Of a stretch of DNA of 64,000 nucleotides, positions 34,288-45,038 are shown one piece after another (position 1 is the stretch's first letter; each line of letters starts with the position of its first letter). The stretch comes from Candidatus Latescibacterota bacterium. Lineage in GTDB: Bacteria > Latescibacterota > UBA2968 > UBA8231. The position numbers were made by a program, and so were the translations under genes. Below the pieces are notes generated by a model, which was given only the letters and a program-made list of their open reading frames with translations, did not search any database and was not told the origin of the DNA. Where the stretch lies: positions 64,001-128,000 of the forward strand of contig CBDAOB010000001.1 in assembly GCA_965197905.1 (NCBI GenBank), read 5' to 3'.

Positions 34288-34494
34288 GCTGCCAACCGAC
34301 GACCGGGGATCCGAAACTGGGGAGAGGACATCTTCATCATCCTCTGCATCGGGAGCTTGTGGCCCACCATCGTCGGCTGGACCAATCCGATCTACGAGTT
34401 CCTCCTCTACGGCGCGCTGATCGGCCTGGCCGTGATCTTCGTTCGTCGCGTCCGGCGCCTGCGCCAGGCCCGGGATGAGCTGCACAACGATTGA
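34280..34494 (+). CDS. Small 2-TM membrane protein (frameshift at the G4 run 34305-34308); not in the ORF track
   Basis: ATG overlaps the slt stop region. The shifted frame reads [58 protein letters not shown]. Confidence 0.55.
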
Positions 34495-34600
34495 TCGACC
34501 ACCGAGGCGCACAGCTCGTAAGGCGTCTGAACGAGCCCCTGTACTTCAGGAGTACGGCGAGAGAAGGCAACGCAGCGAGCCGGGATGGATCGGTGGTCGA
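34495..34600. repeat. Structured palindromic intergenic repeat (ERIC/MITE-like), copy 2
   Basis: Terminal inverted repeat TCGACCACCGA...TCGGTGGTCGA; shares the AAGGCG, GTACT..AGTACGGCGAG, GAAGGCAACGC and GATGGATCGG blocks with 2581-2684. Confidence 0.75.
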
Positions 34601-35227
34601 CTAGTGGGACCAGAATTTTATCAGGTAAAACCCTCCCACCAGCAGAATCACAAAGAGAATACTCAGCAGATTGAACCGCCGGTCGATGAAGTCCCTGATC
34701 GGCTCGCCGTAGCGCCACAGCAGATAGGCGACCAGAAAGAACCGCGCCGCCCGACTCAGGGCAGAGGCGACGACGAATATGGCAAACGAGATGTCGAACG
34801 CGCCTGCCGAGATAGTGATGATCTTGTATGGAATCGGGGTGAATCCGGCGGTGAACACGACCCAGAAATCCCACTTGTCGTAGAGACCCTGCACCCGATC
34901 GAACTGTTCCACCGAAAATCCGGGCACGTTGTCGAAGAAGAACTGTGCGATGGAGCTGAATTCGCCGGGGCCTGCCCACCACAGGTAGGAGCCGACGAGA
35001 TATCCGGCGATACCTCCCAACACCGACGCTATGGAGATGAGCAGGGCGAAGTAGAAAGCGCGCAATCGAGCTCCCAGGACCATGGCGATGAGGAAAGCGT
35101 CGGGCGGAATGGGAAAGAAAGAAGATTCGGCGAACGACCAGATGAAGAGCACGATGCCGCCGTACGGGGTTGCCGCCCAATGCAGCAGCCATTCGTATAG
35201 CCGACGGATCCAGCTTTTCTGCGGCAT
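34601..35227 (-). CDS. DedA/YqaA (SNARE-associated) membrane protein
   Basis: SFAESSFFPIPPD, ASVLGG..GY, AGFTPIPYK, SRAARFF. Confidence 0.9.
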   Translation of the reverse strand: MPQKSWIRRLYEWLLHWAATPYGGIVLFIWSFAESSFFPIPPDAFLIAMVLGARLRAFYFALLISIASVLGGIAGYLVGSYLWWAGPGEFSSIAQFFFDNVPGFSVEQFDRVQGLYDKWDFWVVFTAGFTPIPYKIITISAGAFDISFAIFVVASALSRAARFFLVAYLLWRYGEPIRDFIDRRFNLLSILFVILLVGGFYLIKFWSH

Positions 35228-35247
35228 GTAGTTATTCCTTGACCCAA

Positions 35248-35339
35248 CAGCCCGTGGCAAAAAGCCATTCGGGCTGCGGCCGGGCTTTGTGGCCGTGTTT
35301 TGCGGCCTCGCTGTTCAAAGCGCCTTTCACCACGGGCTG
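35248..35339. repeat. Inverted-repeat element overlapping the mutY 3' end
   Basis: Imperfect terminal inverted repeat CAGCCCGTGGCAAAAG...CTTTCACCACGGGCTG enclosing ~60 nt. Confidence 0.45.
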
Positions 35340-36460
35340 CGAGCTAGCAGATCGAGAAGCCGGCGATGGGCGCGATCGAACGGCAGTTCGTTAAGCTGTG
35401 TCGATCCCGCCCAACACCAGTCGGTGCCTTCCCTGTTGCCAGGATGACCGTCGGCAAGGGTCGCCGCGACCGCACTCAGAGTGATGGTGAAATGTGAATA
35501 CCCGTGAGAAATCTCCGCCAGCTGTAGCCCGGCTTCCACCGAGATTCCGAGCTGCTCCCGCAAGGTTCTGCGCAACGCGGCAGCGGGACGCTCGCCGCGT
35601 TTGAACCGTCCGCCCGGAAGTTCCCACAGGCCACCTAACATCGCATTGGAGGGACGCTTCGTCACCAACAGTGCGGTATCCTGGCGAATAACCCCGGCAA
35701 CCTCGTGGTGGTGCGGCCTGGATTTCTTCGGCGCTTTGAGCGGCAGTCGTGCGGGATCGTCCAACTCCTGGCGCGCGCGGCACCAACCCCGGAGCGGGCA
35801 GCGCTCGCACGCCGGATTTAGCGGCGTGCAGACGCCGGCACCCAGCTCCATCAGTGCCTGGTTGAAGTCTCCGGGTTGCTCGGGGGAGATCAGCGTTTCG
35901 CCGGCGGCGATGAGCCTGGCCCGGATCGATGTCTTGCGCGGATTATCTTCGATGCGGAGCACGCGACAAAGGACCCGTGTGACGTTGCCATCCAGCACGG
36001 GATGGGGCCGATCGAACGCAATGCTGCTGACAGCGGCTGCGGTGTACGGCCCAATGCCCGGAAGATCCAGCAGCTCCTCGTAGGTGTCCGGGAGCACCCC
36101 TTCGCGCTCCTTGGCGACCTGTTGAGCGGCGCGACACATGTTCCTCGCCCGCGCGTAATACCCCAAACCCTCCCAGGCCTTGAGAACCTGTTCCTCCGAT
36201 GCCCTGGCGAGGTCGCCCAGGGTAGGGAAACGATCCAGAAATCTTCGGAAGTAGGCGTCCATTTGATCTACCCGGGTCTGCTGCAGCATGATCTCGGACA
36301 CCCAGATGGCGTACGGTTCCTTGTTTTTGCGCCAGGCGAGCGGCCGTTTGTTTTTTCGGTACCACAACAACAAGACACGGCGCAGATCCGCAACCATCTC
36401 TGGATCGTCGAGGAGATTCACGGCGCAACTCTCCGAAATCTCTTCACGGCTTCGGGCCAC
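35327..36460 (-). CDS. mutY: A/G-specific adenine DNA glycosylase
   Basis: WVSEIMLQQT, WEGLGYYARARN, LPGIGPYTA, DGNVTRV, CTPLNPACERCP..C, C-terminal NUDIX-like domain. Confidence 0.95.
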   Translation of the reverse strand: MARSREEISESCAVNLLDDPEMVADLRRVLLLWYRKNKRPLAWRKNKEPYAIWVSEIMLQQTRVDQMDAYFRRFLDRFPTLGDLARASEEQVLKAWEGLGYYARARNMCRAAQQVAKEREGVLPDTYEELLDLPGIGPYTAAAVSSIAFDRPHPVLDGNVTRVLCRVLRIEDNPRKTSIRARLIAAGETLISPEQPGDFNQALMELGAGVCTPLNPACERCPLRGWCRARQELDDPARLPLKAPKKSRPHHHEVAGVIRQDTALLVTKRPSNAMLGGLWELPGGRFKRGERPAAALRRTLREQLGISVEAGLQLAEISHGYSHFTITLSAVAATLADGHPGNREGTDWCWAGSTQLNELPFDRAHRRLLDLLARSPW

Positions 36461-37479
36461 CCTTCCACGCCCAGCGCTGGCAGCTGAATACCGTTTCTAC
36501 GTATCGAATCAGCGGCCAACAACCCGTTCACGACTGCCTCTTCGCAGCAGTCGGCGGCAGCCACCGATAATTCCCGCAGCAGATCGTCCCCGGCACTCTG
36601 GAATCGCTGATGGTCGCCCGCGGTTCCCGCTCGTTCTGCGGGAATTGTTGAAAACGCCAGCGTGATGCCTTCGTCGGTGCGGGCTTCGGCGAGTCCTACC
36701 CGGTAGAGCCCCGAAGTCGCACGAAATGCCAGCTGCTGGCACTGCACCGGAATCAGCGGGGCATCGGTGGTGACCACTGCCGCGAATGTCCGTGGACGGC
36801 CGGGAAGCGGATCGACACGTTCCGACGCCGTTATCGGATAGCGATCGACACAGAGGTCCCCAAGCTCACCCCCATTGACGGCGACAAGAGCTCCGACGCG
36901 GAACGACACATCCGTACGCTGCACGAGCCGCGAGGCAGTTCCTACACCCCCTTTCATCCCAAAGGCGCACAAACCGCGACCGACACCGGCGTTTCCCTGG
37001 GCAACCTCGCCGGCTTCGAGATGCCGGAGGGCGTTTTGCAGGTGTTCTTCTCGAAACGAACCGTAGGAGGTCGCCGGAGGGTTGAGGATCGAATCGTTGA
37101 GTCCGACAACGATGGGAGGCCAGCCGGCGTAGGTGGACAACCCCGGGTCGCGACTGAGGCCGTGCTGGATCAAGCTGTCGTAGACGCGCCCGACCGTGGC
37201 GTCGGGGACGAGGGCGATGGGCGAAGAGAAGGTGCCGAAGTCCTCCGCAACACCCAGTCCGGTCAGGGAATCGCTGGCAGCGAGGGACCATTTGCCGATG
37301 GGGAGCATCCTTGCGCCGACCGTGGCCGGATACGGCCCGACAACGGTTAATCCACTCATGAGATCGTTGTCGGAGATATCCTCATGACCAACGGAGAGTC
37401 CGGACACGTCGGTGATGGCGTTTAGCGAGCCCGCCGCCAGCTTTCCGATAGACAAACCCAGATCCTGCAAGCGATTCAT
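36418..37479 (-). CDS. DmpA/P1 (S58) peptidase-like protein; divergent
   Basis: NAITDVSGLSVGH, GMKGGVGTASR, TTDAPL, EEAVVNGL; lacks the GSGD motif. Confidence 0.8.
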   Translation of the reverse strand: MNRLQDLGLSIGKLAAGSLNAITDVSGLSVGHEDISDNDLMSGLTVVGPYPATVGARMLPIGKWSLAASDSLTGLGVAEDFGTFSSPIALVPDATVGRVYDSLIQHGLSRDPGLSTYAGWPPIVVGLNDSILNPPATSYGSFREEHLQNALRHLEAGEVAQGNAGVGRGLCAFGMKGGVGTASRLVQRTDVSFRVGALVAVNGGELGDLCVDRYPITASERVDPLPGRPRTFAAVVTTDAPLIPVQCQQLAFRATSGLYRVGLAEARTDEGITLAFSTIPAERAGTAGDHQRFQSAGDDLLRELSVAAADCCEEAVVNGLLAADSIRRNGIQLPALGVEGWPEAVKRFRRVAP

Positions 37480-37543
37480 GAACGGGCGGGGGGCGGGCGC
37501 TTTGTGCCGGGATACGACCCCGCGAGATCGACCTGTGTGCGGT

Positions 37544-38737
37544 TCATTTGATCCGGCCGTGGGCGCGCATGACTTCCACCAGGCGATCCAGCGGCAACGC
37601 GTGAATCGTGTTGCCGTCCCTGCCAACCATAGTGGAAGCGGAGGTGAGGGAATTGAGAATCGCTTCCTCGGTTGCCTCGACAACCGCCTGGAAGACCGGA
37701 TTTATGGCGCTGTTGGCAACGGTCGTGTGGGCTCTCAGCTCGGTGTCAGTCACTCTGTTGGCTGTGGAGAAGGCAAGCACCAGGTCGCCGCTGCCGTGAG
37801 TGGAGATTCCTCCGGTGCGAGCCATACCGATTCCGGCCCGTTTGCACAAACGCCTCAACTGGATCGGCAGCAGGGGAGCATTTGTGGCGATGGCTACCAA
37901 CAGGGATTTGTTCTTGGCGGCTTCGCCCTCTTCCGGCAGCAGATCGGGAATCTCGTGACCGACCGGTACGCCGTCGACGAGCAGCTGTTCGCGCCGCCCG
38001 AAGTTTGCCTGGACCAAAACCCCAACGGTGTATCCGGGCCGCAGTTCCGGAAGATGTCGGGACGCCGTTCCGATGCCAGCTTTGAAACCGAACGCGCGCA
38101 TGCCGGTACCGCCCCCAACAGATCCTTCCGCAAGGGCGTCGGAACGAGCAGAGCTCAGGGCCTCGCGCACGTGGCGGGCTTGGAGATGGCGTCCGGCGGT
38201 ATCGTTGAGAAAGTCCGCCCACGTCTCCCCCACCACCGGGACAGGTCGGGGGGAACGGTTTAAGAGTGCCGGATTCGCCTCGAGCATCAAACCCACGGCG
38301 GCGTCATAGACCGCGCCCAGGCTCGACGTATTGGTAAACAGGATGGGGGCGCCGAGGCGGCCGGTCTGGCGTATGTAACCGAGTCCCGTCATCTCGCCGT
38401 TGCCGTTGAGGGTGAAATCGGCGGCGTAGAGCTGCTCGCGCGTGAGGTCGCCGTCGTGGGGCAGAATCGCGGTCACGCCGGTTCGCACCGGACCCATTCC
38501 CACCTGCAGGGGACCGTGGCCTTCGATCAAGGTCACGTGACCAACGCACACCCCCGGGACATCGGCGATGGTGTTGGAGGGTCCCGGCGTCAGCTGTCCA
38601 ACGATTATGCCAAGATCGCGTAGCCGCGCCCGCTGGCGCGGAATCCCGAAAACCGTGGAGTCTGCCAAGGGCAACAGCGCAGCGGTTGCGGTCAATTGCA
38701 GGAAGCGCCGACGCCCCATTGGAATAAGGGAATTCAT
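37544..38737 (-). CDS. DmpA/P1 (S58) aminopeptidase with a Tat signal
   Basis: RRRFLQL Tat motif; NTIADVPGVCVGH, VRTGVTAI, NGNGEMTG, EGSVGGGTGM, HGSGDLVLAFSTAN. Confidence 0.9.
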   Translation of the reverse strand: MNSLIPMGRRRFLQLTATAALLPLADSTVFGIPRQRARLRDLGIIVGQLTPGPSNTIADVPGVCVGHVTLIEGHGPLQVGMGPVRTGVTAILPHDGDLTREQLYAADFTLNGNGEMTGLGYIRQTGRLGAPILFTNTSSLGAVYDAAVGLMLEANPALLNRSPRPVPVVGETWADFLNDTAGRHLQARHVREALSSARSDALAEGSVGGGTGMRAFGFKAGIGTASRHLPELRPGYTVGVLVQANFGRREQLLVDGVPVGHEIPDLLPEEGEAAKNKSLLVAIATNAPLLPIQLRRLCKRAGIGMARTGGISTHGSGDLVLAFSTANRVTDTELRAHTTVANSAINPVFQAVVEATEEAILNSLTSASTMVGRDGNTIHALPLDRLVEVMRAHGRIK

Positions 38738-38783
38738 CGATCGTTCAGAGAATGTTTCCAATGGAATCCGGCTTGGGGGACAA

Positions 38784-39863
38784 CTACGAAAGGTCCTGGA
38801 TAATCTCGTCCGCCAACTGCCCCGTGCTCATTGCGCCCCCAATATCGGGAGTGCCCACACCAGGCCTTCCCAGGCTCTCGCGCACCGCCCTCTCGATCCG
38901 GTCGCCGTCGGCTATGGCTTTCTCGTCGGCATGTTTCGTCCCCAGCCACTTGAGCATCATCGCCGCGGAGAGAATGGTGGCCACCGGATTTGCAATCCCC
39001 TTGCCGGCGATGTCGGGGCCGGTACCGTGGGAGGGTTGAAAAACCGCTGCCTTCTCCCCGATGTCGCCGGATGGAGCCATGCCCATGCCTCCTACCAACC
39101 CTGCCGCCAGGTCCGAGACAATATCGCCGTACATGTTTTCCATAACCATAACATCGTAGGTTTCGGGACGCTGCACGAGGTAGAGCACCAGCGCGTCGAT
39201 GTAGACCCGTTCCTGCTCGACCTCGGGATATTTGCTGCTCACTTCGTCGTAGATGCTTCTGAAGAACGCCATCGACCGCAAGATGTTCGCTTTGTCGACG
39301 CAAGTGACCTTCATCGGGCGCGACCGGCGCTCCCGCGCCAGCTCGAATGCAAACCTCACGAGCCGCTCGGTGCCGGTTCTGGTGATCACCATGGAATCCA
39401 CCGCCACCTCGCCACGTATGTCGATACCCGCGTTCATCGAAGCGAAGAGACCTTCCACATCCTCACGCAACACGACCAGATCGATATCACCGGCAGCCAA
39501 CCCCTTCAACGGGGTGTGTTCGGTGGCGTAGAGATATATCGGTCTGACCCCGGCGTAGAGGTCCAGCTTGATGCGCAGATCGACCTGAGGCCTCATCTCG
39601 GTTCCATCCGGCCAGCGTACCTCGGGCAACCCCATGGCACCGACGAGCACCGCATCCGCCTCCCGGCAGGCCTGGAGCGTTGAAGCAGGCAGCGGGTCGC
39701 CCTGCTCCAGATAACAGCGGGCGCCGCACGGGTACTCGGTGAATTGCATCTTGGAGCCGTCGGAGAGCATCAATTGATTCAGCACTCTCAACGTGTGGTC
39801 CACCACCTCGATGCCGACACCGTCACCTTTCAGAACGGCGATCTCATATGTCTTTGCGACCAT
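38784..39863 (-). CDS. Isocitrate/isopropylmalate/tartrate dehydrogenase family protein
   Basis: [43 protein letters not shown]. Substrate cannot be assigned from sequence alone. Confidence 0.88.
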   Translation of the reverse strand: MVAKTYEIAVLKGDGVGIEVVDHTLRVLNQLMLSDGSKMQFTEYPCGARCYLEQGDPLPASTLQACREADAVLVGAMGLPEVRWPDGTEMRPQVDLRIKLDLYAGVRPIYLYATEHTPLKGLAAGDIDLVVLREDVEGLFASMNAGIDIRGEVAVDSMVITRTGTERLVRFAFELARERRSRPMKVTCVDKANILRSMAFFRSIYDEVSSKYPEVEQERVYIDALVLYLVQRPETYDVMVMENMYGDIVSDLAAGLVGGMGMAPSGDIGEKAAVFQPSHGTGPDIAGKGIANPVATILSAAMMLKWLGTKHADEKAIADGDRIERAVRESLGRPGVGTPDIGGAMSTGQLADEIIQDLS

Positions 39864-40138
39864 AATAGCCTGGAATTCAGCGACCTTTTCCGAAAACAGA
39901 GCCCAACGGTACTCAAACGCCTGCTGGGGGTCAATAGGTTCCGCCGCGCGAGTCGCAGCCAGACTCCGTACTGCCAAAAAGGACAAAACTTAGACCGAAC
40001 AGACAACGCTACGCATATTCATGGGCCGGCCGGCGCGCATAATTCTTTACTTTGCAGCATTGATTTTACATTGCATAGCTGATGTATGCGACCGCGTGGT
40101 CGTTTGTAACACACCACAGGATCAACGACATAGATAGC

Positions 40139-41265
40139 ATGCAGCCAAGATTCGACTTTCAAGCCGCCGCCGACACGATCCTAAATTCCGGAGACGTTCT
40201 CGTCACCGATGCGGAGGCCCTGGGACAGATCGATCCGGCCCCGGAGCGGGATATCTTGATAGACGGGGATCTGCAGCAAGGCACCGCGTTCCAAAGCCAA
40301 CAATCACTTGTCGTCAATGGATCGATACGCGGCCTCGAAAACAACACATGCCGCATCGAGGCGCGTCAAGACCTGCTGATCGCTGGTGATGCTTGTCACG
40401 CGCATCTTGAGGGTCGAAACATTCATATTGGGGGCGGTAGCAAAGCGAGCGAGCTGCGCGCTCAAGAGCAGATCAGCCTTGGGGCGGATATGGTGGCCAC
40501 GAAGCTCAAGGTTGGCAACGGAGGATCCTGCAACGGCGCTGCGAAGATTTGCGCCGGCGGTTGGTTCGCCACGAGTCGAGCAAACAGCGGTGCGATCGTC
40601 AGCGGACGCAGGATGAGAAGATTCTCGATCGCACATGCCAGCTGACGAGCTTGCCGCTGGATTTGAACCTGGGAAAGCTCATTCGCCACGGAGACGGCCG
40701 CGTGCAAATCGATCTCGAATCGGTGTACCGATCTCTGGAGGACGCTTCCGAGAAGCATCTGCGGGCCGCGTTGAACGAGTTTTTCGCCAAGGGCATTATG
40801 GGCGCATTGGCTCGCACGAATCGGAAGTACATCGTCAACAATCCAACGCGGGCGCGGGTTTTCACGCAGTTTATTGGCAAATTGCGCGACTTGTACGATC
40901 TGGTGGCGAAATGCGATCACTTGGGTCGATCTCTGGAGCGGGATCGATCCGAGCTGGAGTCGCTCATTGCCCATCTACCGGAAGAACTCGGTTCGGTCCT
41001 GGTAGGAGGCTCAATCGTCGCACCTGTAACGATGGATTTCGAGCTGGCTGACATCCGCTCGCGCGATTCGAAGATCGAGGCGAGAACCGCGCGCCTGCAG
41101 ATCGAGACCCTCGAAAACGAGAACGATATCCTGCTCGACATCAGTGATATCTCCGGCGAGCACCACCGGGAGGTCTCGACAGCAGACGACCTGACGGCGG
41201 TAGAGATTCGCTCTGAGGGCGGTCGGCCTACCCTGTTGTCGCAGGTTGCGGAACTGATCTCCTGA
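40139..41265 (+). CDS. Hypothetical protein with a possible FapA/DUF342-like beta-solenoid plus coiled coil; frameshift at ~40520
   Basis: Repeating I.I.GD / V.G.I units in ORF 40082-40645 continue into the helical ORF 40549-41265. Confidence 0.5.
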
Positions 41266-41377
41266 ACAGCCACTCACGTTTCTCGCCAGATCCGCTGCAG
41301 AAGTCTCAGCCCGATTCTCCAACGCTCCTGCGGCACCGCGACCCGAGTCCCCTGCCCTCGAACCCATTTGATCGTAG

Positions 41378-42487
41378 ATGACGACATCGATTGATATCAT
41401 GGACTCGCAGGTGACGGAAGACATGCTCACCTTCCGCAACTTGATCCTCTCCACGCAGCTCGAAGCATCCATGGACGGAATCCTGGTGGTGAACCGGAAG
41501 CGCGAGTGGATTTCCTACAATCAGCGCTTTCTGGAGATGTGGCAGATTCCGTCTGAAGTGGCCGCTAGCAAAGACAGCAGACTTGCCCTTGAAGGTGTGC
41601 GAAACCTGGTGACGGAACCGGAGTACTTCCTCGAACGCATAGAGGAGCTTTACGCAAACGAAGCGACGCGCAGCCAGGAAGAGATAGAGCTACGCGACGG
41701 CCGCGTCCTCGATCGATATTCTGCTCCTATGGTTGCGGGCAACCGGTACTTTGGGCGCGTCTGGTTTTATCGCGATCTAACCGACCAGAAGTTGGCTGAA
41801 AGATCACTCCGGCAGAGCGAGGAAAAGCTGAGGTTTCTGACGCGCCGATTGGTGAAGATCCAGGAACAAGAGCGGCGCAACTTAGCTCGGGAGCTCCACG
41901 ATGAGGTGGGTCAGTTCCTGACCGGCATCAAACTGATCCTGGGCACCGTGAAGCGAACCCCGGCAAGAGACATCAAAGAGTCCTTGAGCCAGGTTGAGGA
42001 CGAAATCAACGAATTGATGGACAAAATCCGGGAACTGTCTCTCGACCTGCGGCCTGCCATGCTCGACGACCTGGGGCTCCTGCCCACCCTTCGCTGGCAC
42101 TTCAAGCGCTTTTCGAAGCAGACCGGCATCGAGTTAGAATTTCTGCACTCCGGAATCGCCGACCGACATGACCCCGAGATCGAGCTCGGCGCCTATCGCG
42201 TTGTTCAGGAAGGGTTGACCAACATCGCGCGTCACGCCGAGTCGACGATCGCCGCGGTGCACATCCACGTCATGGATCGGAGACTGGAGATCCGCATCGA
42301 GGATGAGGGGGTCGGCTTCGACAAGGAGGATAGATTGGCGCGTCCCGACACCAGCGGCATATTGGGCATGAGTGAGCGCGTATCGCTCCTTGGAGGTGAG
42401 CTCTCATTGAGCTCCGCGCCGGGGGAAGGCACACAATTAACGGTTGTTATTCCCCTCTCGGACGGTCGACCGGATGAACGCGACTGA
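41378..42487 (+). CDS. PAS sensor histidine kinase (HisKA_3 / NarX-UhpB type)
   Basis: PAS domain; ERRNLARELHDEVGQ, QEGLTNIARHA, DEGVGFD, GILGMSERV. Confidence 0.93.
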   Translation: MTTSIDIMDSQVTEDMLTFRNLILSTQLEASMDGILVVNRKREWISYNQRFLEMWQIPSEVAASKDSRLALEGVRNLVTEPEYFLERIEELYANEATRSQEEIELRDGRVLDRYSAPMVAGNRYFGRVWFYRDLTDQKLAERSLRQSEEKLRFLTRRLVKIQEQERRNLARELHDEVGQFLTGIKLILGTVKRTPARDIKESLSQVEDEINELMDKIRELSLDLRPAMLDDLGLLPTLRWHFKRFSKQTGIELEFLHSGIADRHDPEIELGAYRVVQEGLTNIARHAESTIAAVHIHVMDRRLEIRIEDEGVGFDKEDRLARPDTSGILGMSERVSLLGGELSLSSAPGEGTQLTVVIPLSDGRPDERD

Positions 42488-43121
42488 AATACTGATAGCC
42501 GACGATCACGAAATCGTTCGCCGTGGCATCCGCACTCTGCTGGAATCGGAGCCCGACCTCAAGGTTGTTGGGGAAGCCGGCGATGGCTTGGAGACGGTCG
42601 AAGCGGTGCGGAGATTACAGCCCGACATCCTGGTGCTCGATCTCATGTTGCCGGGAAAGACAGGCCTGGAGGTACTTCAGCAGCTGGCGGAATGGAACGT
42701 GGCCACTGGGGTTATCGTTTTTACCATGTACAGCAACGAAGCTTACGCCGTCGAGGCTCTCAAATATGGAGCCCGGGCGTACGTAATAAAAAATTCCGAC
42801 ACCGACGAGCTGATTACCGCCATTCGCGATGTTCTCGACGGGCGCCGGTATTTGAGCCCGCCGTTGTCGGAAGCCGATGTCGAAGCGTTCATGGAAGAGA
42901 CGGAAGGTCAAGGCGACCGGTTTCAGATGCTCACGCCTAGAGAAAAACAGGTTCTACGATTGGTCGCGGAAGGATCCACCAATGCAGATACCGCGCGGCA
43001 GCTCAATCTGAGCGTGCGCACGATAGAGGTTCACCGCAGTCGCTTGATGCGCAAGCTGAACCTCAAGAATCAAGCCGAGCTGATGCGGTTCGCAGTACAG
43101 CGAGGCATCGTAACTCTTTGA
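42474..43121 (+). CDS. NarL/LuxR-family response regulator
   Basis: IADDHEIVRRG, LDLMLPG, LTPREKQVL..LSVRTIEVHR. Confidence 0.95.
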   Translation: MNATEILIADDHEIVRRGIRTLLESEPDLKVVGEAGDGLETVEAVRRLQPDILVLDLMLPGKTGLEVLQQLAEWNVATGVIVFTMYSNEAYAVEALKYGARAYVIKNSDTDELITAIRDVLDGRRYLSPPLSEADVEAFMEETEGQGDRFQMLTPREKQVLRLVAEGSTNADTARQLNLSVRTIEVHRSRLMRKLNLKNQAELMRFAVQRGIVTL

Positions 43122-43125
43122 GCCA

Positions 43126-44439
43126 ATGGCCGACGCCGACCGCGAACTGGCACTTTTAGTTGCGGACGAGGGAGAACCTCAGGAGCTGCTGCTGCGGCCG
43201 CTGAAGCTGCAATTGAACTACCAGTTCGGTTTGGAGGCCGTGGCCTGCTCTGACCTCGACGTGGCCATGTCGAGGTTACTGGAAAACCGCGAATGTGTTC
43301 GATGCATCTGCATTCTAGGTCGTGAGGTTGTCGACAGCCAGACCGCGCTGGGCGCGAACAGTCATGCCCCCTTGCTTTTCAGCATGCCCGACGAGGTGCT
43401 TGAGCAGCAGCGTCTGAACTGCGCCGAGATGAGTGCGGTATACTTCTGCTCCTGGGAGGAGGCACTGGGCAACGGTGAGAGCAACCTGCGCCTGATTGTC
43501 GAAGAGGCGCTGACGGCGAGCGAAATCGGCGATCTGTTCGTGGATCTGGAAACAGAGACCTACTCTGCCGCCAAACGTCGGGTCGACCGCAGGCTCAAGA
43601 ACATTTCGACGTTGCCGACCCTCCCCGAGATCATTACGCGCATTCTGCAGACGATCAATGAGCCGCGGTCGACGGTGTCAGAGCTGGAGGAGCTGCTGTG
43701 TCGCGACCCCGCCATCGTCATCAAGCTGCTGCAGGTCATGAAGAGCCCTGCGTTTGCAGGAACGGGCCGAAGAGCGGGCTGGTCGCTGCCGGAAGTTATC
43801 ACCAGGCTGGGGCTCAAGAAGGTCGGGACTCTGGCGCAGCAGGTGAAATTGATCAACAGCCTCGTCCGCCCCGAGGACAGCGCCTTCGACCTTCGTCGGT
43901 TCTGGGAACACTCCGTGGGGTGCGCACTCATCATCGACAAGCTCTACCACGAACGGCTACTCCCCCAACCAATCAGCGTGCCCTTTCACGAATACTGGGC
44001 GGCCGCCCTGTTGCATGACGTGGGCAAGCTGGTATTGGGATTTTTCTACTGGGGCTGGTTTGCACGCGTGGCGGAAATAATGGGAGGCTCGGTTACCACT
44101 TTTCACGAAGCCGAAACGCAACTTGGAAGCGTGGCCAATCACGAACGACTGAGCAAGCTGCTCCTGCTGAATGCCGATATGGGTGAGGGGGTTGTTCAAG
44201 CCGTCGGGAACCACCACGCTGTCCCTGAGGATTCGACCGACCTCGACTGCTTGCTGCACATCGCCAACGGCCTTTGTAAGGATCTGGGGCTGGGTTATTT
44301 CACCGACGAAGCGGGAGAGTACGATCCGGAGATCCTGGATCGCCTGGGAATGTCTGGAGAGCAGATGGAGGTAGCGAGGGATACCCTTGCAAGCGACGTC
44401 GGGCCGGAGATCAAACAGATGGTTGAGGCGTGTTTGTAG
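43126..44439 (+). CDS. HDOD domain protein with a degenerate receiver-like N-terminus
   Basis: LPTLPEI, DPAIVIKLL, FWEHS, ALLHDVGKL. Confidence 0.88.
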   Translation: MADADRELALLVADEGEPQELLLRPLKLQLNYQFGLEAVACSDLDVAMSRLLENRECVRCICILGREVVDSQTALGANSHAPLLFSMPDEVLEQQRLNCAEMSAVYFCSWEEALGNGESNLRLIVEEALTASEIGDLFVDLETETYSAAKRRVDRRLKNISTLPTLPEIITRILQTINEPRSTVSELEELLCRDPAIVIKLLQVMKSPAFAGTGRRAGWSLPEVITRLGLKKVGTLAQQVKLINSLVRPEDSAFDLRRFWEHSVGCALIIDKLYHERLLPQPISVPFHEYWAAALLHDVGKLVLGFFYWGWFARVAEIMGGSVTTFHEAETQLGSVANHERLSKLLLLNADMGEGVVQAVGNHHAVPEDSTDLDCLLHIANGLCKDLGLGYFTDEAGEYDPEILDRLGMSGEQMEVARDTLASDVGPEIKQMVEACL

Positions 44440-44927
44440 AAAAGGATGGCGTTGAGCCGCAAGAGATTTCAGCTGCTGACGCTGATGAGCTCTTCAGCGG
44501 CACCGAAACAAACCTAGAGACCGACTCCGCGAGCTCCGTTTCCGAAAGGAGACTGCGCAAACTGATTCTGGTGATCGATGATTCCAAAATGATGAGATTT
44601 GCGATCTGCGATCTGATCGGCAAGATGGGGTACCGCACCCTCGAGGCGGGAGATTCGATGGAGGGGTTCACCAAGGCGATGGATTCCGCTCCGGATCTGA
44701 TCATGCTGGACGTCGAGATGCCGGTGCAGAACGGCATCGAACTCTTGATAGAATTGCGTAAGACTGAAAAACACAAAACCACGCCGGTGATAATTCTTAC
44801 AGTTTCCGGAGAACGTTACGACATCGAGGCGGCAAACGCTCTCGATGTGGCCGACTACATGCTCAAGCCGCCGGAAGCAAAAAAGCTGGAAGCAAGTATT
44901 GCGAAGTGTTTGAATCTCGGTGTTTGA
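44430..44927 (+). CDS. Single-domain response regulator
   Basis: VIDDS, LDVEMP, ILT, KP. Confidence 0.88.
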   Translation: MFVEKDGVEPQEISAADADELFSGTETNLETDSASSVSERRLRKLILVIDDSKMMRFAICDLIGKMGYRTLEAGDSMEGFTKAMDSAPDLIMLDVEMPVQNGIELLIELRKTEKHKTTPVIILTVSGERYDIEAANALDVADYMLKPPEAKKLEASIAKCLNLGV

Positions 44928-45038
44928 GGTGTGGCACTTTTCTAGCTCGTCCTCCATCTTATAGTCGCAATCAATGGTGCTCCTCGCGGGTCCAGTTCGA
45001 GCTGAGCATCGGACACACTCTCCTGTTGGGAGCCCCTG

